Positions 16,403-23,748 of a stretch of 32,000 nucleotides of DNA are shown one piece after another. The position numbers and the translations under genes were made by a program. Below the pieces are notes generated by a model. That model saw only the letters and a list, made by a program, of their open reading frames with translations. It made no database searches and was not told where the DNA came from. Origin of the DNA: Fibrobacter succinogenes subsp. succinogenes S85 (GTDB taxonomy: Bacteria; Fibrobacterota; Fibrobacteria; Fibrobacterales; Fibrobacteraceae); NCBI RefSeq assembly GCF_000146505.1, contig NC_017448.1:2970001-3002000 (forward strand), in the 5' to 3' direction. How positions within the stretch are numbered: position 1 is the stretch's first letter; each line of letters opens with the position of its first letter.

Positions 16403-17928
16403 TTTTTCAGCTTTTGCCGGAGTATAAGATATATCGCTCCGCGTTCTTCTTTAGAGAAGATGAAAAATAAATTGATTGATAATGCTACGATGGATATGAT
16501 GATGAATGATGATATAAATGAAAACCATGTGTCAATTGGCAGAATATTTTTAACTCCGTAACTAGTCAGGGTGACAATCAGCATGCCCAAACAACCTTTA
16601 CCCATGACGGGGAAGAATGTGTACCATTTTTGATTAAGACATGTGGCCCCATAAATAGTGGTGAAAAACATATTGCGTAATCCTCCCTGAATAGCCCCTG
16701 TAATGGCAATCGTCCAAACTCCTAGGTCTGTTGTTGCTAGGAGAATGAAGATTGCTAGGGTGTTCAAAATACCAGCGATTAATAGGACTATGGATGGAAT
16801 TTTAAGTTTATTCGTTGCTGGGAAAACTCCAAATATCGGATTGACGCTCCCGCCAATAATCATTGGTAAAATTGTTACCACGGTAAGCCAGTAAAGAAAA
16901 TTTGCATCTTCTCCAGGAACCCAAAGTGTATAGAATTCTTTGCTGTAAACTAATAAAAATCCTATCGGTATTCCGATTAGCAATCCGACAATTTTCATTG
17001 ATTTTTTGATTTCATATACAAGTTCTGACGTTTTATCTTGTGCTAATAGAATGTTGAATTGAGGAAAAAACGTTCCAGAAAGCATTGCCAATGCACTATA
17101 GATAAAAAGTGGTGCGGTCTTGGCTATGGAATAGCTTCCCATGACAGAAACGCCGATGAAAATATTAGTGATTAGTAAATCAACTTGCTGCAATAAAATG
17201 CTGCTTAATTGGTTTACGGAATTCCATATGCCTGAGAAAAAGACTTCTTTTAGATGAATTAAGGAAAAATGTTTTTGTGGGGCGAAGGTTAGTTCTGGTA
17301 ATAATTTTTTCTTGAAAGAAAGATTAAAAAATAAAAACAGGATAGCTGAAAAGAATGCTCCGATGCTTAAATAGACGATAGATGGTTTTAGGAAGTAAAA
17401 CAGGGCAAGGATGACTGCAACTCTTGCGCATTCAGCAATGACACTTCTTGATGCGGTCATATCAACTCTATTTTTTACGAAAGTTCCGATGCCTAGAATT
17501 CCTGTAAGAAGTCCGATGATTAACGATGCTGAACCAAATCCAAATAAATAGCGAACTTCGGTGATGAGATTTGTTGGTACAGTTATGAATGCGTCTGTAT
17601 AAATGATGAAAATGATTGCGGTGATTGTGAATATTACCGATAACAGTGTGTTTGCTACCCAGACTGAGTTAAAATATTTATTGGCCCCATCGATGTCCTG
17701 CTTGTATATTCGCATCGTGATAAAACGACCTGCCATGGAGCCGATTGCGGTTGTCAGTATGGACGAATAACCTATGATGCTGTTGATGAGGGGGATAAAC
17801 CCGTAAGCTTCTTTTCCGACAGTTCTAATGAGGTAGGGAGTTAGTAAAAATGAAATGATAAAATTCACCCCAAACGAGGTGATGTTGAAAAGAAGATTCT
17901 TGAGGGTTTGTGAAGAAGATGATGACAT
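16399..17928 (-). CDS. Wzx-like oligosaccharide flippase (MOP/polysaccharide biosynthesis protein family)
   Basis: A 509-aa protein with about 12-14 TM segments and short loops. It is the first gene of the glycan operon, with the size and topology of Wzx flippases. Confidence 0.7.
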   Translation of the reverse strand: MSSSSSQTLKNLLFNITSFGVNFIISFLLTPYLIRTVGKEAYGFIPLINSIIGYSSILTTAIGSMAGRFITMRIYKQDIDGANKYFNSVWVANTLLSVIFTITAIIFIIYTDAFITVPTNLITEVRYLFGFGSASLIIGLLTGILGIGTFVKNRVDMTASRSVIAECARVAVILALFYFLKPSIVYLSIGAFFSAILFLFFNLSFKKKLLPELTFAPQKHFSLIHLKEVFFSGIWNSVNQLSSILLQQVDLLITNIFIGVSVMGSYSIAKTAPLFIYSALAMLSGTFFPQFNILLAQDKTSELVYEIKKSMKIVGLLIGIPIGFLLVYSKEFYTLWVPGEDANFLYWLTVVTILPMIIGGSVNPIFGVFPATNKLKIPSIVLLIAGILNTLAIFILLATTDLGVWTIAITGAIQGGLRNMFFTTIYGATCLNQKWYTFFPVMGKGCLGMLIVTLTSYGVKNILPIDTWFSFISSFIIISIVALSINLFFIFSKEERGAIYLILRQKLKK

Positions 17929-18042
17929 TAGGGATGATTATTTTGGCGAATCGCGGTCATAATATGGTTGTAATATAGATTAAAAGTCCTATGATGCAGC
18001 CTATATATGTGGAATATGGTCAAATTTTGGCTTTTTGCGGTT

Positions 18043-18066
18043 AAACCCCTCGAAATCGAGGGGTTT
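18043..18066. other. Perfect 10-bp stem / 4-nt loop hairpin between divergent transcription units
   Basis: aaacccctcg-aaat-cgaggggttt read directly from the sequence. No convincing T-run follows on either strand. Confidence 0.5.
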
Positions 18067-18124
18067 GGTTTATTGAAAAGTGAAAAAATCCGGTTTAGGT
18101 TTGTTTTTATATATTTTATTAACG

Positions 18125-18346
18125 ATGGACGAAAAATCGCAAATCATCTATATGCAGACTAGGCTTACGCGTCTTGCGGCGGAAAGGTGGAAAATGTCGA
18201 TTCCGCAGGTTGCAACCCTTTTTGAAGAAAAGGGGGTGTATCATTATATCGCGAAGATGTGGGATTTGTTCCATGTAGAGGGTGATTTAGCTGTACTTGA
18301 CGATGTAAAGCAGTATCTTGACGCGAAGGGGGCTATCTGTGGTTGA
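18125..18346 (+). CDS. DUF3791-like small protein
   Basis: MDEKSQIIYMQTRLTRLAAERWKMSIPQVATLFEEKGVYHYIAKMWDLFHVEGDLAVLDDVKQYL matches my memory of DUF3791, which partners with DUF3990. Start is taken as ATG 18125, not the track start at 18080. Confidence 0.65.
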   Translation: MDEKSQIIYMQTRLTRLAAERWKMSIPQVATLFEEKGVYHYIAKMWDLFHVEGDLAVLDDVKQYLDAKGAICG

Positions 18347-18902
18347 TATCTTGAAAGATGGAGACATCCTTTACCATGGTAGCTTTTGCGAAGTACAAAC
18401 TCCTGATTTACAGATGTGCGCTCGTTATAAGGATTTTGGTCAAGGCTTTTACCTGACAACTGACAAGAAACAGGCCGAATCCTTTGCTAAAATTTCTACG
18501 CAGAAGGCTATAGAAAATGGCGTTGTCGCAAGTCAAAGATTTGGCGTTGTCTCTGCATTTCGGTATAATGTAGGCGTCAATCTTAATATCAAAATTTATG
18601 AGACTGCTGATTCATCTTGGCTTCATTGTGTAGTCGCTCATCGGAAGAAAAATGTTTTCGCTGATGTGCTGGGAGATTGCTCTAAATATGATGTTATTGG
18701 GGGCAAAATTGCAAATGATGCAACCAATAGTACGATTGTGACTTATATGGCGAATGCGTTTGGCGAGATTGGCTCTGCCTCTGCAGATGATATTTGCATT
18801 CGGTTGTTACTTCCAGAGCGATTAAAGAATCAGTATTGCTTCAAGTCTAATGCCGCATTGAACCAACTGTCGTTTATGGGGAGTGAACGTGTATGGATGT
18901 AA
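18339..18902 (+). CDS. DUF3990-like protein with ADP-ribosyltransferase-like H-G-S / G-x-G-F-Y motifs
   Basis: ILYHGS (His codon at 18375-18377), DFGQGFYLTTDKKQAESFA (18435-18458 and following), YDVIGGKIANDAT, ...LKNQYCF. The start is ambiguous (TTG 18318, GTG 18339 or TTG 18351). It overlaps both neighbouring genes. Confidence 0.7.
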   Translation: MVDILKDGDILYHGSFCEVQTPDLQMCARYKDFGQGFYLTTDKKQAESFAKISTQKAIENGVVASQRFGVVSAFRYNVGVNLNIKIYETADSSWLHCVVAHRKKNVFADVLGDCSKYDVIGGKIANDATNSTIVTYMANAFGEIGSASADDICIRLLLPERLKNQYCFKSNAALNQLSFMGSERVWM

Positions 18903-19147
18903 TGACTGATCGCATTAATGCAGCCATTGACTTGCTTACTACGATGGTTGTTGAAAGCATAGCAAAAGAGGATGGTTGTGATGCATCCGATGTTTTGCCT
19001 GGCTTTTTACGCTCGCATACGGGACAAATGCTCTATAATGAAAGTAGCAAGCTTTGGTGGGATGGCCCCGCATTTATAGAGGAACTATACCGTCAGGAAC
19101 TATCTAAAACGTCCGTTCGCGCACAACGTATTGCGGTGACTGGTTGA
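18893..19147 (+). CDS. Second DUF3791-like small protein
   Basis: ...FLRSHTGQMLYNESSKLWWDGPAFIEELY resembles the DUF3791 C-terminal pattern. The ATG overlaps the DUF3990 stop (ATGGATGTAA). The last about 14 codons run into the 3' end of the convergent GT gene. Confidence 0.55.
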   Translation: MDVMTDRINAAIDLLTTMVVESIAKEDGCDASDVLPGFLRSHTGQMLYNESSKLWWDGPAFIEELYRQELSKTSVRAQRIAVTG

Positions 19148-20024
19148 TGCTGATGTAGATGCGGCCGATGTATTCGCCGATGAGCCCTAGCAAAAGCATG
19201 ATCATGCCGCCGGTAAAGAGTATGGTGGCGAGCATGCTGGTGTAGCCAACGGGGACTTCGGGGAACATGAGTTTTTTGTAAATGACAAAGAGGCCTGCTC
19301 CGAAGCCAACGAGGGCGCAGAGAATGCCGATGAAGGTGGCGGCGCGGAGGGGCTTCACTGAGAATGCGGTAAATCCGTTAATCCAGAGTCGAATGAGGCC
19401 TGTGAGGGTGTAGCCGGATTCGCCTTCTATGCGGTGGCGGTGTTCGACTTCTACGTTGCCGAGGCTCTTGGTGGCGCGGAAAACGAGGCCACTGATGTAG
19501 GCGAAGGGGTGGGGGTAGCGCACGATTTCATCGGCGATGAACTTGCGCATGATAAAGAAACTCGTTGTGTGGAGTGTCTTGGGTTGGCCGATGATGGCTT
19601 CTGCCATTTTCTTGTTGACCCAGCTGCCAAAGCGGCGGAACAGGTGTTGCGCGGAGTGCCTGTAATAGCCGTAAACGACGTCGTAGCCTTCTTCGATTTT
19701 GTCGACGAGCTTGAAACTTTCGCTGGCGGGCGTTTGTCCGTCGTCATCGAGGCTAATGATGTAATCGCCTGTAGCTTGTCCGTAACCAGCCATCAGTGCG
19801 CTGTGCTGACCGAAATTTTTGGCGAGGCAGATTCCCTTGATGTGCGTGTCTTCGGCGGCGAGTTTCTTGATGACTTGCCATACGTTGTCTGGGCTGCAGT
19901 CGTTGACGAGTACGATTTCGTATTCGGTGCTTGGGCGCGTGGCGATTGTTTCGCGGATTTCTTGGATGACAGCCGAAATTGTGTTTTCGCTACGGTAACA
20001 GGGAATTACAAAAGAGAGTTTCAT
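19104..20024 (-). CDS. ArnC/GtrB/DPM1-like polyprenyl-phosphate glycosyltransferase (GT2 with C-terminal TM hairpin)
   Basis: LSFVIPCYRSENTI...EIVLVNDCSPDN...LAKNFGQHSALMAGY...ISLDDDGQTP, plus two C-terminal TM helices, matches the ArnC/GtrB architecture. Confidence 0.85.
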   Translation of the reverse strand: MKLSFVIPCYRSENTISAVIQEIRETIATRPSTEYEIVLVNDCSPDNVWQVIKKLAAEDTHIKGICLAKNFGQHSALMAGYGQATGDYIISLDDDGQTPASESFKLVDKIEEGYDVVYGYYRHSAQHLFRRFGSWVNKKMAEAIIGQPKTLHTTSFFIMRKFIADEIVRYPHPFAYISGLVFRATKSLGNVEVEHRHRIEGESGYTLTGLIRLWINGFTAFSVKPLRAATFIGILCALVGFGAGLFVIYKKLMFPEVPVGYTSMLATILFTGGMIMLLLGLIGEYIGRIYISINQSPQYVVRERTF

Positions 20025-21164
20025 CTAGAACCTTTGCTGAACGGATTCCCACTTGTTGCTTTGGGCGGACTTGGCGGCGGCTTGCATCATGGCAAGGCCT
20101 TCGAGCGATGTGCGGATGCCGCATACGTACTGGCTTTTGAAACTGCCTGTGGCAAAATACTGGTTGAGGCAATCGGCGATGTCTTTATAGTAGTTCGCGA
20201 ATGCTTCAATGAATCCGGCGGGGTGGCCTGCCTTGAAGCGGTTGTAACGCTGCTGGTTGGCTATCTTGACGTCACCGGTGCGGTCGCGGAGGCTAACGTT
20301 GCCGCGCAGGTCGCACGTCTTGAGCGTTTCGGGTTCTAGCTGGAACCATTCGGCGCTGCCTTCGCTGCCGTAAACGCGGATGCGCAGCCCATTGCGGTTG
20401 CCGAGTGCAGTCTTGCTGAACCAGATTTGTGCGCGGACGTTGTTCGTGTATTGCACGAGTGCGCCCACGTTATCAACGATTTGCGGGAAGAGTCCGAAGG
20501 TTGTCTGGTCGGCGACGATGTGTTCCGGGCGTTCGCCGGTCAAAAAGTAAATCATGTTGTGCAGGTGGCTGCCAAGGTCAAGCGAAATCTTCGGAATCAC
20601 GGTGTCCTTGAGTCGCCAGCTTTGCGGCTTGGGCGGTTCGCCGCCTGCGCCTAGGCGCATAAAGCCTTCTTGCGGCATTTCGACTTGCACTTGCTGGATT
20701 TTTCCGAGCTTGCCATCGGCGATGAACTGCTTGAGTTCGCGGATCATCGGGTAACCGGTGTAGTTGTATGTGGTGCAGAAAAATCCTTTTGTCTCGGCAA
20801 CAACTTTTGCAATGGCTTCGCCTTCGGCTACGCTTGTGGCGAGCGACTTTTCGCAAATGACGGGGAAGCCTGCTTTGAGTGCGTCGATGACTATGTCTTT
20901 GTGGTAGTCTGTCGGTGCGAGCACTACGATGGCGTCGAGTTTGCCTTTTTCTGCTTGCAATAAATCTTGATATTTCGCGTACGTGCGTTCTTCGGAAACA
21001 CCCCAGGTGCGGGCGGTTTCGCGGTTTGTTTCTTCGTGTGTGCTGAATGCGCCGGCCACGAGTTCAAAATGGCCGTCCATCTGGCTTGCCGCCTTATGGA
21101 CTTCGCCGATGGCTGAATTGATTCCGCCTCCGATAAACGCAATTTGGTAAGGTTCTTTTTTCAT
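20025..21164 (-). CDS. Gfo/Idh/MocA-family NAD(P)-dependent oxidoreductase
   Basis: The Rossmann N-terminus YQIAFIGGGINSAIGEVH is followed by ...CEKSLA.... Start is taken as ATG 21164 (MKKEPYQ), because the 28-codon upstream extension looks non-coding. Confidence 0.85.
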   Translation of the reverse strand: MKKEPYQIAFIGGGINSAIGEVHKAASQMDGHFELVAGAFSTHEETNRETARTWGVSEERTYAKYQDLLQAEKGKLDAIVVLAPTDYHKDIVIDALKAGFPVICEKSLATSVAEGEAIAKVVAETKGFFCTTYNYTGYPMIRELKQFIADGKLGKIQQVQVEMPQEGFMRLGAGGEPPKPQSWRLKDTVIPKISLDLGSHLHNMIYFLTGERPEHIVADQTTFGLFPQIVDNVGALVQYTNNVRAQIWFSKTALGNRNGLRIRVYGSEGSAEWFQLEPETLKTCDLRGNVSLRDRTGDVKIANQQRYNRFKAGHPAGFIEAFANYYKDIADCLNQYFATGSFKSQYVCGIRTSLEGLAMMQAAAKSAQSNKWESVQQRF

Positions 21165-21188
21165 CGTTTTTGAATATAGTAAAGGATT

Positions 21189-21216
21189 AGACGAAAGACG
21201 AGAGACGAAAGACGAG
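21189..21216. repeat. Perfect 14-bp tandem duplication (agacgaaagacgag x2, plus partial aga) in a 90-bp intergenic spacer
   Basis: Read directly from the sequence: 21189-21202 is identical to 21203-21216. Confidence 0.9.
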
Positions 21217-21254
21217 AGAATGCTCCCTGAGCTTGCCGAAGGGTGCATCTTAAA

Positions 21255-22478
21255 TTACTCGGTGATTATTTTCACGAGGTCGACCATTCTTGCGGTTTTG
21301 TCTTGCATTTCGGCGAGGGTGTTGAACTTGAAAAATACGATGCCTGCTTTGTATAAAAGCTTATCTGAAATAGATTCGCCCGGCTTGTACCACAGAAATT
21401 TTTCAACGATGTTCTTTTGAATTTCTGGAGCAAAGGTGACATCGCGGACAATTCCTTCTCGATCCGCCATAATGCAGTGCCTGAGCCAGAATCCTTGCGT
21501 GGGAATATCGGCGATACCTGAAATATCCATTCCTGTTTCTGCCATCACGATGAATTTTGGGTAGTCGATTCCGGTGGCGTATTTGACGAATTTGATGTAC
21601 AGATCTCCTGGCGGTCGGCGACATATCTCAATGATGACTGGCGTGCCGTCAGCACGCTCGATGTACTGGATATGCAAAATGCCATCGACGAGGTGTAATT
21701 CGCGGGCGATGCGTTCGCTGTAGTCACGGAGCTTGGCGAGGCCTGCTGCACTTGTGGTGCTTGGCGTGTTTGCTCCCGAGACCATGTACTTGTTGAGGTA
21801 ATACTGTTCGTTGTCGGCAAAGGCGAATGCGACTTTGCCATTCACGAGCATGGCGGAGAATCCATGGTTTGTGCCTTGTACGAATTCTTCGACTACAATG
21901 TGGTCTTGCCGGGTGCGGCTGCAGGCATCTTTGTAGGCCGCGCGAGCTTCTTCGATGTTGGCGGCTCGGTGGATGCCTTTGCCACCAGTCAAATCAACGG
22001 GTTTGACGATGATAGGGAAGGTGAGCTGCGCTATCGCTGCGTCAAAATCCGCTTCGGTTTCCCCCGCGAAATCCGTGCTGGCAACTTTAATTGTAATTGC
22101 CCGCGGTGTCGGAATGCCGAGTTTGGTGGCTAGTGCGCGGTACTTGTCCTTATGGTGTAGCTCAAGGCTTGTCGCGTAGGAATCGTGCCCTGGCAATCCC
22201 AATTTTTCGCAAACGTAAACTGTTGAAAGCAAAGCGAAATCGTTGCATCCGGAACAAACGGATTGCACGCCTTCATTGCTGGCTAGTTTTAGCATGGCGT
22301 CCTTGTCGCTAAAGTCTGCAAAAACGGTCTTGTCGGCGTAAGGGTGACCAAGTCCATCGCGGTTGTTGCCCGTGGTAATCACGTACCAGCCGAGTTCATG
22401 TGCCGCTTGAATGAGCGGAATTTCAGCATGGCTGCCGCCTAATAGCAAGAGTTTCTTTTGAGGATTGCTTTGCTCCAT
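21255..22478 (-). CDS. ATP-grasp domain ligase
   Basis: KKLLLLGGSHAEIPLIQAAHELG (pre-ATP-grasp), then FPIIVKPVDLTGGKGI, IVVEEFVQG and VIIEICRRPPGD follow the ATP-grasp pattern. Confidence 0.8.
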   Translation of the reverse strand: MEQSNPQKKLLLLGGSHAEIPLIQAAHELGWYVITTGNNRDGLGHPYADKTVFADFSDKDAMLKLASNEGVQSVCSGCNDFALLSTVYVCEKLGLPGHDSYATSLELHHKDKYRALATKLGIPTPRAITIKVASTDFAGETEADFDAAIAQLTFPIIVKPVDLTGGKGIHRAANIEEARAAYKDACSRTRQDHIVVEEFVQGTNHGFSAMLVNGKVAFAFADNEQYYLNKYMVSGANTPSTTSAAGLAKLRDYSERIARELHLVDGILHIQYIERADGTPVIIEICRRPPGDLYIKFVKYATGIDYPKFIVMAETGMDISGIADIPTQGFWLRHCIMADREGIVRDVTFAPEIQKNIVEKFLWYKPGESISDKLLYKAGIVFFKFNTLAEMQDKTARMVDLVKIITE

Positions 22479-22484
22479 TTCTTT

Positions 22485-23618
22485 TTACTTCCCGAAAAAT
22501 TCCTTTACTTTATCACACACGAATTCCTGATCGTCTGGCTTTAATCCGTAGAACATGGGGAGTCGTAACAGACGGTCGCTTTCGTGGGTGGTGTAACGGT
22601 CTTCGCCATTGAAACGCCCGAAACGTTTACCGGCGGGGGCGTTGTGGAGCGGCACGTAGTGGAATACTGCGAGAATTCCATTTTTGACGAGATGCGCAAT
22701 GAGGGCTGTTCGTGTTTTGAGATCGGCGACTTTCAGGTAGAACATGTGCGCGTTGTGGCAACATTCTGCCGGAATGTACGGGAGCTGTAGCTCGCCTGCA
22801 TCGGCGAGCGGCTGTAAACGTTCTCGGTAGGCCTTCCAGCTTGCCATGCGATTGTCGAAAATTTTTTGAGCGTTTTCGAGTTCTGCGTAGAGGTAGGCTG
22901 CGTTGAGTTCGCTCGGCAAGTAGCTCGAGCCGAGTTCAACCCATGTGTACTTATCGACTTCACCGCGGTGGAATTGCACACGGTTCGTTCCTTTTTCGCG
23001 GATGATTTCGGCGTGGTCGGAATACTTTTTGTCGGCGATGAGAATGGCTCCGCCTTCGCCCATGCTGTAGTTCTTTGTCTCGTGAAAACTATAGCAACCG
23101 AAATCCCCGAGTGAACCAAGCGAACGACCTTTGTAGGTGGCCATCATGCCTTGCGCGGCGTCTTCGATGACGAATAAATTGTGCTTTTTGGCGATGGCGT
23201 TGATTGTATCCATTTCGCAGCCGACGCCTGCATAATGCACAGGGACGATGGCGCGAGTCTTTTCTGTGATGGCGTCTTCAATCAGTTTTTCGTCAATATT
23301 CATGGTGTCGGGGCGGATGTCCACAAACACGCATTTTGCACCGCGCATGGCAAAAGCATCGGCGGTCGAGACGAACGTGAACGACGGCATGATGACTTCG
23401 TCGCCGGGCTGGATGTTGCACAAAAGTGCGGACATCTCAAGAGCGTGGGTGCAACTTGTGGTGAGCAATGCGCGGGCGACACCCGTTTTTTGTTCCAGCC
23501 AGGCGTGGCATTTTTGGTTGAATTGCCCATCACCGCAGATACGGCCGCTTTCAACGGCCTTCCGTACATAATCAATTTCAGGCCCCACGAAGGGAGGCTG
23601 GTTAAAAGGAATTCTCAT
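22485..23618 (-). CDS. wecE: DegT/WecE-type PLP-dependent sugar 4-aminotransferase (dTDP-4-keto-6-deoxyhexose transaminase-like)
   Basis: Long collinear similarity to E. coli WecE/RffA as I remember it: IPFNQPPFVG.EIDY...GDGQF...C..WLEQ, PGDEVIMPSFTFVSTA, GAKCVFVDIRPDTMNIDE, VPVHYAG, FHETKN, IREKGTNR, DKYTW, NAHMFY, FHYVPLH, RYTT.ESDRLLRLP. Start is ATG 23618. Confidence 0.9.
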   Translation of the reverse strand: MRIPFNQPPFVGPEIDYVRKAVESGRICGDGQFNQKCHAWLEQKTGVARALLTTSCTHALEMSALLCNIQPGDEVIMPSFTFVSTADAFAMRGAKCVFVDIRPDTMNIDEKLIEDAITEKTRAIVPVHYAGVGCEMDTINAIAKKHNLFVIEDAAQGMMATYKGRSLGSLGDFGCYSFHETKNYSMGEGGAILIADKKYSDHAEIIREKGTNRVQFHRGEVDKYTWVELGSSYLPSELNAAYLYAELENAQKIFDNRMASWKAYRERLQPLADAGELQLPYIPAECCHNAHMFYLKVADLKTRTALIAHLVKNGILAVFHYVPLHNAPAGKRFGRFNGEDRYTTHESDRLLRLPMFYGLKPDDQEFVCDKVKEFFGK

Positions 23619-23748
23619 TGCTCTACACATCCCTAATTGTTTACAAAGCGTAATATATAATTTCTTTGGGAGTGTTGTGCAATTTCTTTGAGGTTTATTA
23701 CAATACCAATATGGTTTTTATAGGAAGCTTTGATTTTAGATGTAGTAC

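Noticed and set aside
2880-19103. AT-rich region interpreted as a prophage or integrative element
   Set aside because: I could recognise no integrase, excisionase, capsid/tail, conjugation or replication genes, and no flanking direct repeats. The content is that of a variable glycan locus with TA/defence passengers.
19434-20339. 301-aa plus-strand ORF, with similar long antisense ORFs at 20427-20963, 21864-22312, 22584-23636, 26363-26935, 27533-28129, 28152-28845 and 29237-30421
   Set aside because: All lie antisense to genes with strong family signatures (ArnC-like, Gfo/Idh/MocA, ATP-grasp, WecE-like, GH3, pilin, GlgA-like). Their composition (A/G/V/D/R-rich, no motifs) is typical of shadow ORFs in GC-richer DNA.
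21189-21216. Tandem repeats considered as a possible CRISPR or minisatellite array
   Set aside because: There are only two 14-bp units with no spacers and no cas genes. This is not CRISPR-like.
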